From: Chitinophagales bacterium
GTDB lineage: Bacteria; Bacteroidota; Bacteroidia; Chitinophagales; Chitinophagaceae
DNA length: 33,843 nucleotides
Assembly: GCA_038216775.1 (NCBI GenBank)
Contig: JBBQPX010000001.1
Span: 1 to 33,843 of the forward strand
Reading direction: 5' to 3'
Part shown: piece after piece, positions 1 through 9,892 of the stretch
Layout of the letters: the number at the start of each line of letters is the position of its first letter
Position numbering within the stretch: the first letter of the stretch is position 1
Notes under the pieces: generated by a model
The model's database searches: none
What the model was told of the DNA's origin: nothing
What the model saw: the letters and a program-made list of their open reading frames with translations, nothing else
Position numbers and translations under genes: made by a program

Positions 1-2
1 TA

Positions 3-476
3 GCTTTAGTTCCTCCCATTTGCACTTGTGGACTCATGCTTGAACAAGGACATTTCATATTGGCAAGTGGAAGCATGTTGCTTTTCTTTACTAATTTTTT
101 GGGAATAACTTTTTCAGCCATTCTTGTATTTTTTCTATTGGGACTAAAACACAAAAGAAATCGTAAATGGTTTTACACTGGTTCGATTATAATAATCATT
201 TTGGGTTCAGCAACAATCCTTCCATTGGCATTAAATTATGACAAGTATAGTTCAGATGCTCAATTTCAAACTTCTATTTATGAAAAAGCAGGGCAAGTTT
301 TCATTCAGTCAGAAAACTCTCCAACTATCAGGAATATTTCAATATTGGGTACAGCTGCTTTTATTACAATTGAGCCGTTTCCTAACAATAAGCATGAAGA
401 AGAAAGATTAATAACCGAATTAGAGAGAACAACTGGGTTGCAGATTTTTCTTAAAAAACCTTCCTTTGAAAAATAG
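3..476 (+). CDS. DUF389-family membrane protein, 3' part (gene starts before the window)
   Basis: The frame is open from position 3 (ALVPPICTCGL-MLEQG...), followed by LLFFTNFLGI. This matches the DUF389 'ALxPP...G...LF..N' pattern; hydrophobic segments present. Confidence 0.7.
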   Translation, partial: ALVPPICTCGLMLEQGHFILASGSMLLFFTNFLGITFSAILVFFLLGLKHKRNRKWFYTGSIIIIILGSATILPLALNYDKYSSDAQFQTSIYEKAGQVFIQSENSPTIRNISILGTAAFITIEPFPNNKHEEERLITELERTTGLQIFLKKPSFEK

Positions 477-546
477 AGGATTACAATTGAAATCGAAATT
501 TTTAATCCTATTTGGTATTCTACTTATTTATTCCGTAATTTAAAAT

Positions 547-1698
547 ATGAAAGCTACTAAACTATTTAAAGAGTTTTTTGAAAGTGAAAAAGCTGGTGGG
601 CTCACTTTAATAGCTTGTACAATTATATCATTACTAATTGCCAACTCCTCTTTTGGAGAAGGATATCATCATTTTTGGCAAACACAATTTGCAGGTCACA
701 GTATTGAACATTGGGTTAACGATGGACTTATGACCATTTTCTTTTTATTAATCGGTTTAGAATTAGAACGAGAAGTGTATGAAGGAGAACTTAAGAATTT
801 TAAAGATGCGTTATTCCCGATTTTTGCGGCATTGGGTGGTATTATAATTCCCGCAGGGCTTTTTATGCTATTTAATTTTGGCACGCCCACTCAATCGGGA
901 GCAGGTATTCCCATGGCGACAGACATAGCTTTTGCATTAGCAATTTTGGCTTTATTAGGAAAACGGGTACCAACTTCTTTAAAAGTATTTCTAACAGCAT
1001 TAGCCGTAATTGACGATTTGGGAGCAATTTTAATAATTGCAGTGTTCTATACCAAAACACTTATTTGGACCAATCTTTTTATTGCGTTAGGCATTTTTGC
1101 TTTGCTTTTAGTTTTCAACCGGCTAAAAATAAGAAACTTAATTCCATATTTAATTGGTGGCGTTGCTATGTGGTACTTTATGCTTAACTCCGGTGTTCAC
1201 GCAACAGTTACTGGTGTGCTACTGGCTTTTTCTATTCCATTTGGCAACGGAAACGAAAAATCATCTTCCTATATTTTACAACATTTTTTACATAAACCAG
1301 TTGCCTTTATTGTTTTACCAATTTTTGCATTAGCCAATACGGCTATCATTTTAAGTGGCGATATAGGACATACGCTTACACAAAATTATAGTATCGGAAT
1401 TGCAGCAGGACTTATTGTGGGAAAACCATTAGGCATTTTTCTATTAACATTTTTGGCAACTTCATTTGGTCTGTGCAAACTTCCAAACGACTTAAATTGG
1501 AAATCAATTATAGGCGTTGGTTTTTTAGGTGGCATTGGTTTCACTATGTCAATCTTTATAACACTACTTGCATTTGATAATGAAACGATAATCAACAACG
1601 CAAAATTTGTAATTTTAATTTCGTCATTAATAGCGGGATTGATTGGATTTATAGGGTTGAAATTAACATTGAAACAAGCAACAGTCGACGAGGACTGA
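547..1698 (+). CDS. nhaA: Na+/H+ antiporter NhaA
   Basis: WVNDGLMTIFF, GIPMATDIAF, ALAVIDDLGAI, SGVHAT, GKPLGI and GIGFTMSIFI motifs. Confidence 0.96.
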   Translation: MKATKLFKEFFESEKAGGLTLIACTIISLLIANSSFGEGYHHFWQTQFAGHSIEHWVNDGLMTIFFLLIGLELEREVYEGELKNFKDALFPIFAALGGIIIPAGLFMLFNFGTPTQSGAGIPMATDIAFALAILALLGKRVPTSLKVFLTALAVIDDLGAILIIAVFYTKTLIWTNLFIALGIFALLLVFNRLKIRNLIPYLIGGVAMWYFMLNSGVHATVTGVLLAFSIPFGNGNEKSSSYILQHFLHKPVAFIVLPIFALANTAIILSGDIGHTLTQNYSIGIAAGLIVGKPLGIFLLTFLATSFGLCKLPNDLNWKSIIGVGFLGGIGFTMSIFITLLAFDNETIINNAKFVILISSLIAGLIGFIGLKLTLKQATVDED

Positions 1699-1746
1699 TG
1701 AGGATGCTGTAAAAAAGAATGCTGCTAAAAAAACACCACGCTTCTT

Positions 1747-2625
1747 TTAATTCCGCTTATCTAATCCCCAACTTAATTTATTACGCAGCGTTTGCAAAAA
1801 ATTATTTTCGTTAAGCCGGATGAGGTTGAAACCGAATGTTTCTTTTTTTACGGCGAGTTGAATGTCTTTGGTTACAATTTCCCTACGACTATCTAAGGTG
1901 CAGAGGAATCCGTCTGTGCGGCCTTCTACTTCAAAAGAAATAATATTATTATCGGGAACTATAAGGGGGCGTATGTTTAAATTATGCGGCGCTACGGGTG
2001 TTATTACAAAACTTCCACTATCAGGAAAAACAACAGGACCATTACAACTAAGCGAATAACCGGTAGAGCCGGTTGGCGTGGCAACAATCAAACCATCGGC
2101 CCAGTAGGTATTTAAAAATTCACCGTTGAGGTAGGTGTGAATTTTTATCATGGGTGATGAATCTTTTTTATGCAGCGTAAACTCATTTAAACCATAAGGA
2201 GTTTCTCCAAATAATGGCACATCAGAATCCAAGTGTATAAGCGTTCGCTTATCAATTACATAGGTGCGGTTAACAAGGGCTTCTACGGCCATAATTAAAT
2301 CTTCCTTGCCAATGTTTGCTAAAAACCCAAGGCGGCCATAATTGATGCCTATAACGGGTATGCCGCTGTCTTTAACCAGGGTCACTGTATCTAAAAGTGT
2401 ACCATCGCCGCCAAGGCTTATAATGAAGTCAATATTTTTATCAAGATCTTCAGATGAATTAAAGGTGGAATATTTTGCTTTCGCACTTATGGAAGGATAA
2501 AACTGGTTGAAAAAATCCTGGTAAAATACGAGCTCTACGCCGCTCAATGCCAGCTCATCCAGCAGCTGAATAATATCCTTGTGCTGGTTATTTTCTATAC
2601 CTCGGCTGTATATGGCAATTTTCAT
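1747..2625 (-). CDS. nadK: NAD kinase
   Basis: SLGGDGT, GRLGFL, NE and DGLIVATPTGSTGYSLS motifs. Start moved to the ATG at 2625 (MKIAIY) because the track's TTG at 2673 lies within a TAATTTTG promoter box. Confidence 0.95.
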   Translation of the reverse strand: MKIAIYSRGIENNQHKDIIQLLDELALSGVELVFYQDFFNQFYPSISAKAKYSTFNSSEDLDKNIDFIISLGGDGTLLDTVTLVKDSGIPVIGINYGRLGFLANIGKEDLIMAVEALVNRTYVIDKRTLIHLDSDVPLFGETPYGLNEFTLHKKDSSPMIKIHTYLNGEFLNTYWADGLIVATPTGSTGYSLSCNGPVVFPDSGSFVITPVAPHNLNIRPLIVPDNNIISFEVEGRTDGFLCTLDSRREIVTKDIQLAVKKETFGFNLIRLNENNFLQTLRNKLSWGLDKRN

Positions 2626-2670
2626 GTGCCGCAATTCGGCCAATCCGCGGAGTGTTTGAATCTTTGATGT

Positions 2671-2678
2671 CAAAATTA
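2671..2678 (-). promoter_or_regulatory. Bacteroidota -7 promoter element for nadK
   Basis: Minus-strand TAATTTTG, an exact TAnnTTTG match overlapping the upstream gene's TAA stop. Confidence 0.55.
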
Positions 2679-4157
2679 AAATCCTGATTGATTGTGTAAA
2701 AATAAACCGTTTTCGCCTAATTGATTAAAACTGTACTCAAACTTTAGGTTTATATCGTACAAGGTAAGAATATCTATACCAAAACCACCCGAATATAACA
2801 TACGGTTATTTAAATTAGTTGTGTATTGTGGTTTTGTATAAGCATAACCAACATCGGCATAGGTTTTTGCAAAAATAGTGAATGGGATTTTTGTTAGCAG
2901 TTTTGGAATAAAAGGAAACGGAACATTAAACGAAACAAGTTTTTTCTTTAACGTAGATTTTATTAAACCGGTTGCAACGCCATCTATTACATAATACTCC
3001 AGCCCACGCAGGTAAACCTCACCATAACCAAAGCCACGCTGGTTTACATAAGCCTGATCAAATGGTAGTTTTATTTTACCATTTAACTGCACACTGCTGT
3101 ACCAGTTTTTACCCATATCATAATAACGGTTTATGCCAGCCTCAAGCTCCAGCATATTAAGGCCACCTGTAAAACCAAGGCCGCGTTTATGAACACTAAA
3201 AAACCAGTTTTTTCCGCTTAAAGGATAAGTGCCATTATTTACTTTGGAGTATTGCAGTGTGTATCCAAAATCAATTGCACCTTTTGATGTAACAGAATCT
3301 TTAAAATAATTGGGGTTATACTTTGCGGTTATAACAGAATCTGGTACTGTGGTGTAATTATAGCCTGCGGAAAAAATATGCTTTTTAAATAAGCCGCGGC
3401 GGATGCTGTAGCCAAGGTTTACGTACCAGGATTTGTAAATAAAAGGTCCGCCACGTTTTGCGATGGAATCTTTAGGATAAAAAAGCAACGAATCCTGATA
3501 GGTGGTTTTATAAGCAAGTTCTCTTTTTTGTGTGTAGCCTACGCCTGCGGTGAAACCTTCGGTGAGTGCGTTGTTACTGTAGGGTGCTGTGTAACTGATA
3601 GAAACATCCCGTGAGTAACCGTTGATGAGGTAGATACGCAATTGATCTCTACGGCCGCTAAGATTGTAATGCACAAACTTAATTCCATAATTTACCCGGT
3701 TAAGGCTTGCTTTATAAGTTTTATACCATTCATTAAAATTTCTATCTATCCATTTAAATTGCGGAACAGGATAAAGATACCAGCGCTCTGTAACACGAAG
3801 TTTTATGGCTACATCATTTGCATTTAAAGCCGTTAATTGAAATTTTACTTCGTTAAATAATGTGGTGTTATAAACCTGAAACCTCGCCTGCTCCAGCTCT
3901 TTGTATAAATCTTTTATTAAAATAGAATCGCCTTCCTTAAACTGAATTTCACGATAAACGATATAAACTTTAGTTTTTTTTGTGCCAGTAACTTCTATAT
4001 TTTTTATACAGACTTTTTGAGTTGTGTTGGCTTTAAGCGATGCTGTATCTACAAAACTGATGTTGGGAATTTCAACTTGTTGTGCAGGTGTTGCCAGTGA
4101 AGATAAAAGTAAAGTGAGGCAGCAAATTATTTTTTTACGATTATTCATTAATAACAT
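2676..4157 (-). CDS. Omp85/BamA-TamA family outer membrane protein with a single POTRA domain
   Basis: Signal peptide; POTRA-like IKNIEVTGTKKTK...REIQFKEGD...LFNEV...VTERW; NLSGRRD; LRG loop motif; C-terminal Phe. Confidence 0.8.
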   Translation of the reverse strand: MLLMNNRKKIICCLTLLLSSLATPAQQVEIPNISFVDTASLKANTTQKVCIKNIEVTGTKKTKVYIVYREIQFKEGDSILIKDLYKELEQARFQVYNTTLFNEVKFQLTALNANDVAIKLRVTERWYLYPVPQFKWIDRNFNEWYKTYKASLNRVNYGIKFVHYNLSGRRDQLRIYLINGYSRDVSISYTAPYSNNALTEGFTAGVGYTQKRELAYKTTYQDSLLFYPKDSIAKRGGPFIYKSWYVNLGYSIRRGLFKKHIFSAGYNYTTVPDSVITAKYNPNYFKDSVTSKGAIDFGYTLQYSKVNNGTYPLSGKNWFFSVHKRGLGFTGGLNMLELEAGINRYYDMGKNWYSSVQLNGKIKLPFDQAYVNQRGFGYGEVYLRGLEYYVIDGVATGLIKSTLKKKLVSFNVPFPFIPKLLTKIPFTIFAKTYADVGYAYTKPQYTTNLNNRMLYSGGFGIDILTLYDINLKFEYSFNQLGENGLFLHNQSGF

Positions 4158-4172
4158 TTTGCGCCTAACCCG

Positions 4173-4196
4173 CCCCTATCCCCTAAAGGGGGACTT
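4173..4196 (+). repeat. REP-like palindrome, copy 1
   Basis: CCCCTATCCCCTAAAGGGGGACTT, identical to 10500-10523; intergenic. Confidence 0.8.
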
Positions 4197-4281
4197 GATT
4201 TCATAACTGTATAGCTGCTGCTGATAAACATACAACCTTATAGTAGGTTTGGTTGATTTTTAGGATTTACTTTTACTGCTG

Positions 4282-4944
4282 TTAAATATCCAAATAATTC
4301 ATGAGATGGCGGTAATTAGTATGAATTTCATTTTCGAATTTTTCGTTCCCGAAATAATAAATCACATCGTAATCATATCTTTCAAAAGTAGAAACAATGG
4401 CTGAAATTTCTTTTTTATTCATGTGAAGCGAAACTGTAAGCATGCCGGTTTCTGCATGCACGGTTGTATTTAAATGCAGAATAGTTGCATCGTTACTTTC
4501 CACAATACGGCTTATTTCTGAAATACTAAACTGGCTGCGTTCCATTTCCAGTACAATAATGCCACCTATTTCGTTAGTGCCTGCAAAATTGCCTAACGTT
4601 TTTAAAAGATCTGGTGCTGTAATAACACCCATTAAATCACCTTCATCGTTTACTACGGGAACAACAGTTGTGTCAAACTGGTTGCTGCAGGTAACTGCGT
4701 TTAAAAAATGTTCATTATCATGCACACGTGCAGGTATAAAAAACTCCTGCATTAATTCAATGGGCATTTTAGGTTGTTCCTGATCAAGCAAATCCTCCTC
4801 ACTTACCAAACCAAGAAATTTATCATCTTCCACAACCGGTAAATGCGATACCCGAAAATCTGAAATGAGCTGGATAGCCTTGTTCACAGAGTCTTTAAGG
4901 CCAAGGCGAGGAATACTATTATTAATAAGTTCGATGGTTAACAT
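4282..4944 (-). CDS. CBS domain-containing protein
   Basis: Tandem CBS motifs SHLPVVEDDKFLGLVSEEDL and VPVVNDEGDLMGVIT, plus an ACT-like C-terminus. Confidence 0.9.
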   Translation of the reverse strand: MLTIELINNSIPRLGLKDSVNKAIQLISDFRVSHLPVVEDDKFLGLVSEEDLLDQEQPKMPIELMQEFFIPARVHDNEHFLNAVTCSNQFDTTVVPVVNDEGDLMGVITAPDLLKTLGNFAGTNEIGGIIVLEMERSQFSISEISRIVESNDATILHLNTTVHAETGMLTVSLHMNKKEISAIVSTFERYDYDVIYYFGNEKFENEIHTNYRHLMNYLDI

Positions 4945-5022
4945 ATGACTGATTTTGGGTGAGCAACAGCTATGATAAGAACGTAAATATTACAGCTAAA
5001 AGTATAAAGACAAAAAATTTTA

Positions 5023-5799
5023 CTAAACTGTTGCAGCAGGTGATTTTAATTTTGTTAAAAATGCATCAAGCAGTCTGTTAAACTCTTCTGGCACTTCCAT
5101 CATGGGTGCATGGCCACATTTATCAACGAAATGTAGCTCGCTTGTAGGCATAAGCCTGTGAAATTCTTTAGCAACAAACGGCGGGGTAATGGTATCATTG
5201 TTTCCCCAAATGAGACATGTTGGTTGTTTTATCTGGTTAAGCTCTTCGCCCAGATTATTACGAATGGCACTTTTTGCCAGCGCTATTATTTTAATAACCT
5301 TCATGCGGTTATTGGTAATTTCAAAAACTTCATTCACCAATTCATCTGTAGCCATGGCCGGGTCGTAAAAAGTGAGTTCAGTTTTTTTACGGATGTATTC
5401 TTTATCGCCACGCTTAGGATAGGTATCGCCCATGCCATTTTCGAACAGGCCAGAACTGCCGGTAAGCGTTACTGATTTAATTCGCTCTGGTTGTTTTAAA
5501 ACATGCACCAGTGCTACGTGTCCGCCAAGTGAGTTGCCTAGTAAATGAATATTATTATACCCACGATGCTCAATAAAGCGATGGGTAAATTTTTGTAATC
5601 CACCTACGGATGTATGCAGCAGGTCAAGCTCCAGCAAAGGCAACAGCGGCACTATTACTTTATTTGTTTTACGAAAGTGCTCAATAAGAAATTGAAAATT
5701 ACTTAACGCACCAAATAAGCCATGCAGGAGCAATAACGGTTCGCCCTCGCCTTCTTCAATAAACTTAAATTTTCCGTCTTGTTTTATCTCGTAGCTCAT
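5023..5799 (-). CDS. Alpha/beta fold hydrolase
   Basis: LLHGLFG, GNSLGG nucleophile elbow, IWGNND and CGHAP. Start set to the ATG of MSYEIK. Confidence 0.92.
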   Translation of the reverse strand: MSYEIKQDGKFKFIEEGEGEPLLLLHGLFGALSNFQFLIEHFRKTNKVIVPLLPLLELDLLHTSVGGLQKFTHRFIEHRGYNNIHLLGNSLGGHVALVHVLKQPERIKSVTLTGSSGLFENGMGDTYPKRGDKEYIRKKTELTFYDPAMATDELVNEVFEITNNRMKVIKIIALAKSAIRNNLGEELNQIKQPTCLIWGNNDTITPPFVAKEFHRLMPTSELHFVDKCGHAPMMEVPEEFNRLLDAFLTKLKSPAATV

Positions 5800-5898
5800 C
5801 CTTAAATTCAAATTGTTAATATAAATCTGCTCCTCGAAACTTACTTTACATACCGCAGATTAGTGCTAAAATTACGGTAAATAAGATAACGGTAGAAA

Positions 5899-6438
5899 TT
5901 AATGCGAAATTTTGTTCGATAACGAATTAAAAAAATCGCCCAACTCTGTAAACATATCTTTAAATACGGGAATAATTTTACCAAAATTATCCATCACTTT
6001 AGGCCCCCAAGGCTGTATAAAGTGATAAGTTACCGAATTTTCTATAACCGCAGGTTGCAATAACTGCAGCCTTTCGGCATAAAAAATAAAAATACTTAAA
6101 ATAATCAGGTAAAGCACCGCAAATAATAATATACCTGCGATTCTGTTTAACCAACCAAGTAACGCTACCTGAAAAGTTTTTTCAGTTAATTTGGCCCCCA
6201 GTCGAACCAATAAAACAACCACAAAAAAAACTACCGCAAATGCTAAAAACGGTAACCACTTTGCTGAAATATTTACGCTGCTCTTTAAGTATTCTGCAAC
6301 GGCGGCCGAAAGTTTTAGAGCAGCAGCTAAGCCAACTATAAAGGCAATAACAGAAAAAATTGCAATGATAAATCCGCGCCGGAAACCTTTAATAATGGCA
6401 AGGATAATTGCAACGGCAAAAATTAAATCTATCAGCAT
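5899..6438 (-). CDS. CvpA family membrane protein
   Basis: MLIDL...GFRRGFI and LGWLNRIAG motifs; several transmembrane segments. Confidence 0.88.
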   Translation of the reverse strand: MLIDLIFAVAIILAIIKGFRRGFIIAIFSVIAFIVGLAAALKLSAAVAEYLKSSVNISAKWLPFLAFAVVFFVVVLLVRLGAKLTEKTFQVALLGWLNRIAGILLFAVLYLIILSIFIFYAERLQLLQPAVIENSVTYHFIQPWGPKVMDNFGKIIPVFKDMFTELGDFFNSLSNKISH

Positions 6439-6469
6439 ACATCGTTTTCTGCTTTCAATATACCAAATT

Positions 6470-6922
6470 TTAGCCAGCCAGTAATTCCTTTACAATAGCG
6501 CTTATTGTTTTACCATCAGCTTTGCCTGCCAATTGCTTACTGGCAACGCCCATAACCTTACCCATATCTGCCGGGGTTGATGCGCCTGTTTCCGTAATAA
6601 TCTGCTTTACAATTTCTTTAATTTCTGCTTCACCTAATTGTTTAGGAAGAAATTTTTCTATTACAGCCATCTCTTCTCTTTCTTTGGCAGCAAGGTCTTC
6701 CCGATTTTGTTTTTCAAAAATCTCCAACGAATCTCTGCGCTGCTTCATCATTTTCTGTAGAAATTTTTGTTCTGTAGCCTCGTCAATTTCTCCACCGGCA
6801 CCGGGGTCTGTTTTTGCCTTTATAATTTCAGCCTTAATACTACGCAAAGCACGCAAAACGCCTTCGTTTTTGGCTTTCATGGCTTCTTTCATTTCGGTCA
6901 TTATCTGTTGCTCTAAACTCAT
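6470..6922 (-). CDS. GatB/YqeY domain protein
   Basis: MKEAMKAK, KQRRDS, FLPKQL, DMGKVMG and GKADGK motifs. Confidence 0.95.
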   Translation of the reverse strand: MSLEQQIMTEMKEAMKAKNEGVLRALRSIKAEIIKAKTDPGAGGEIDEATEQKFLQKMMKQRRDSLEIFEKQNREDLAAKEREEMAVIEKFLPKQLGEAEIKEIVKQIITETGASTPADMGKVMGVASKQLAGKADGKTISAIVKELLAG

Positions 6923-7033
6923 TTTTTATCTTTTAATTTGTTATGATATTGTTGTAATATGCTATTTGCTATTAGTTAATGGGTGATTATTATTTTTTGA
7001 ATAGATAATTAATCAGCATCAATCAAAGAGTAA

Positions 7034-7378
7034 TTAACCCTGTTCTTTTACCTGACTTGCTCTGAATTTTTCAAAAAACTCTTTGGCGAATTTTTTCAAA
7101 TCATCACTCATTTCTGTTTGTTGAGTAGCTCTTTTAAAGGTATCGGCCATACTCATCAGCATCTGGTAATAAAAATCAGCCATTTCATCTACCATCATAT
7201 CTTTTGTCCAAAGGTCTATGCGTAAAGCTGTTTTATCAGTACCATCCCAAAAGGCAACGCTCATGGCTTTTGCTTTTTGTACCATATTGGCTGTACTATC
7301 GGTGGCAACCCAGTTTATTTGCTCGGGCACTTTATTCGGGTCGAGCAAAATATCAATTTTTATTGTTGATTGATTCAT
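7034..7378 (-). CDS. gldC: Gliding motility protein GldC
   Basis: LDPNKVPEQINWVATD, ALRIDLWTKDMMVDEM and MADTFKRAT are typical of GldC. Confidence 0.9.
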   Translation of the reverse strand: MNQSTIKIDILLDPNKVPEQINWVATDSTANMVQKAKAMSVAFWDGTDKTALRIDLWTKDMMVDEMADFYYQMLMSMADTFKRATQQTEMSDDLKKFAKEFFEKFRASQVKEQG

Positions 7379-7415
7379 ATAAATTATTGTCTGATCAGGA
7401 AATATTTGTGAAATG

Positions 7416-7423
7416 CAAATTTA
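7416..7423 (-). promoter_or_regulatory. -7 promoter element for gldC
   Basis: Minus-strand TAAATTTG, an exact TAnnTTTG match in the intergenic gap. Confidence 0.55.
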
Positions 7424-7430
7424 ATCGAAA

Positions 7431-8549
7431 TCAGGCATTGAAAGCCTTATCAATTAACTCCATCAGCATTTGCGTAGAATTTTGCCAGTTGTAGCGTTGT
7501 GACTGTATTTTACCTGCTTCTATTAATTCATTCGCTTTGGCCTCATCTTTAAAAACAAGCATCATTTTTTCGGCTATATCATTAAAATCATCAGGATTGG
7601 CATATAAGGCAGCATAGCCGCAAATGGAAGATAAAGCACCTGTATTTGATGTAACAACTGGTACACCACATTGCATTGCTTGCATGGGAGCTACCGCAAA
7701 ATCAGCATACAGAACAGGGTAAACAGCGGCGTAAGCGGCAGCTGTTATTTTAGCTAAGGCTTCTGCTGATAAATTTTGCATCAATTTTACATCATCTCTA
7801 TATTTATAAGATTTAAGTTCATTTTTAAATGCCTCATCTGTATTGCCTGCAAGTAAAAGCGTCATGTTACTTTTTTGTCTTCTTTTAAAGAAAGAAAATG
7901 CTTTTAGCAGATTGATGAGATTATTTTGCTTATTTACATTGCCGCTGTACAGAAAATAAGCTTTGCCGTCGCTGTACTTCTCTTTTACAATTTCCTTTTC
8001 TTGCCAATCAATTGGTTTAAAAATGTCATCAACACCAGGTACAATTAATGTAACATCATCTTCATTTAAATTATACTGTGCAATAAGCGTTGATTTTGTA
8101 AAAGCGGAAACTGCCGCAATGGATGTGGCCTTAGTTAAAAAGGCAGAAGTATATTTTTTATAAAATCTGCTGTTTATTTTTTTTGCTGGCGCTGATGATT
8201 GTAAAAAACCCAAATCTGAAACCAATACGCACTGTGGTTTCTTTGTTCGCATGCTACAAATCCCTTCCAAACTAACAAATACATCTGCCTTGTGCCTGCG
8301 CAAAATAACCGGTATTTTATAATTTAACCAATATTGTAAACGCAGGTTATTAGTGGTTTCTGGGCCTGCAACAACGGGAACTACATTTTTTGCAAACTGT
8401 ATGTTATCGCTAAATGCCTTATCAAAAATAAAAACAAACTGATGTTGTGGATAGTGAGCTGCCAAGTGCTGTAACATACCGAACATAAAAGCCTCATAGC
8501 CTTCCGGCTGCTCATTTTCTTTCAACCTGCAGTTAACAGCAATAGTCAT
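7431..8549 (-). CDS. GT-B glycosyltransferase (GT4-like)
   Basis: AVSAFTK, NLINLLKAF and AMQCGVPVVTSN motifs. The EX7E motif appears degenerate. Confidence 0.82.
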   Translation of the reverse strand: MTIAVNCRLKENEQPEGYEAFMFGMLQHLAAHYPQHQFVFIFDKAFSDNIQFAKNVVPVVAGPETTNNLRLQYWLNYKIPVILRRHKADVFVSLEGICSMRTKKPQCVLVSDLGFLQSSAPAKKINSRFYKKYTSAFLTKATSIAAVSAFTKSTLIAQYNLNEDDVTLIVPGVDDIFKPIDWQEKEIVKEKYSDGKAYFLYSGNVNKQNNLINLLKAFSFFKRRQKSNMTLLLAGNTDEAFKNELKSYKYRDDVKLMQNLSAEALAKITAAAYAAVYPVLYADFAVAPMQAMQCGVPVVTSNTGALSSICGYAALYANPDDFNDIAEKMMLVFKDEAKANELIEAGKIQSQRYNWQNSTQMLMELIDKAFNA

Positions 8550-8582
8550 TTATAAAGAAGTAAACTGGAGTAAGTAAAGAGA

Positions 8583-9869
8583 TTATTTTAAAACCTTCAG
8601 CTTAACCATTTCAATGCGGGTATCGCTTACATTTAAAATATCAATTTCGTAATTACCGATTATTATGTGCTCTTTCAACTTAGGTATCTGCTCGTGATTT
8701 TTAATAATGTATCCCGAAAGCGTTTCCGTTTCCTCATCATCAGGAAAATCGAGTTTATATTTTTCAGCTATTAGGTCAAGCTCCATTCTACCACTAAAAA
8801 TAAATTCATCACTTGATAGTTGCTTATCAACAAATTCGTCGGTATCATATTCGTCCTGTATTTCACCAAAAATTTCTTCCAGCAAATCTTCCATGGTTAC
8901 AATGCCAGCTGTGCCACCAAATTCGTCAATAACCCAGGCTATAGATTTTCTTTCTTTACTAAATTTATTCATCAAATCTGTAGCGCTCATACTTTCCGGA
9001 ACGGTTGGTATAGGTAATAAAATTTCTTTAACGGTGGCAGGTCTTTTAAAAAGGTCGAGCTGGTGAATATAGCCTGTTATACTGTCTATATTTTCATCGT
9101 AAACAACCAGTTTGCTTAAATGCGTTTCAATAAATTTGGCTTTCACCTCTTCAATTGGCATGTTGCTGTTTATGGCCTCAATTTCTTTACGAGGTATCAG
9201 GCACTCCCGCAATTTTGTTTCGCCAAGCGATAATGCATTTTCAAAAAGCTCTTTATTTAACTCACTGCTGTTTTCCTCTTCGTGACTTTTACTTTGCTGC
9301 ATAAAATGCTCCAGGTCTACCTTGGTAAACATTTCCTTTTTTGTATCAATTTTTACATCCAGCAAATTTTTCAAAATCCATTCTGATGTGTTCACAAAAA
9401 ACTTACCGATAGAAGAAAACATCCAGTAAAAAAATTTAATAACGCTACTTATTAGGCCAGAACTAAGTATGCTGCTGTTGCGTGCTTTGAAGAAAGCTTT
9501 AAAAACAAACCTTACAAAAAGAACTATCAGCGTAGCCACAAAAATTTCAACAAACAATTTAATGTATTCAACAGAGCCTTTAACCGCATCGGGCAGAATT
9601 GATTTTACAGCCAGCCAAACCGGCGATAACACATCTACTACTAGCAAACCGTAAATAACTAAAAAAATATTAACGCAAACTAGAGTAGTAGCAACAAAGC
9701 GGGCAGGTTTATCGGCATAATAACCCCATACTTTGCCGCTTTTAGTGCCCTGCTTGCGGTTAAGTTCAATAGATAATTTATTGGCAGATATAAATGCAAT
9801 TTCAATACCGGCAAAAAAACCTACCAGTAAAAGTGAGCCTATAATTGCAATAACTGTTATCCATTCCAT
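8583..9869 (-). CDS. HlyC/CorC (CNNM) family membrane protein: DUF21 + CBS pair + CorC domain
   Basis: FFAGIEIAFIS and VIDEFGGTAGIVTMEDLLEEIFGEIQDEYD motifs; ETLSGYI. Confidence 0.93.
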   Translation of the reverse strand: MEWITVIAIIGSLLLVGFFAGIEIAFISANKLSIELNRKQGTKSGKVWGYYADKPARFVATTLVCVNIFLVIYGLLVVDVLSPVWLAVKSILPDAVKGSVEYIKLFVEIFVATLIVLFVRFVFKAFFKARNSSILSSGLISSVIKFFYWMFSSIGKFFVNTSEWILKNLLDVKIDTKKEMFTKVDLEHFMQQSKSHEEENSSELNKELFENALSLGETKLRECLIPRKEIEAINSNMPIEEVKAKFIETHLSKLVVYDENIDSITGYIHQLDLFKRPATVKEILLPIPTVPESMSATDLMNKFSKERKSIAWVIDEFGGTAGIVTMEDLLEEIFGEIQDEYDTDEFVDKQLSSDEFIFSGRMELDLIAEKYKLDFPDDEETETLSGYIIKNHEQIPKLKEHIIIGNYEIDILNVSDTRIEMVKLKVLK

Positions 9870-9892
9870 AATATAAAAATAAGAAAGAGTTT

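Noticed and set aside
8583-9869. Hemolysin toxin or gldE call
   Set aside because: The motifs are those of a CNNM/CorC transporter family, and it cannot be assigned to GldE without phylogeny.
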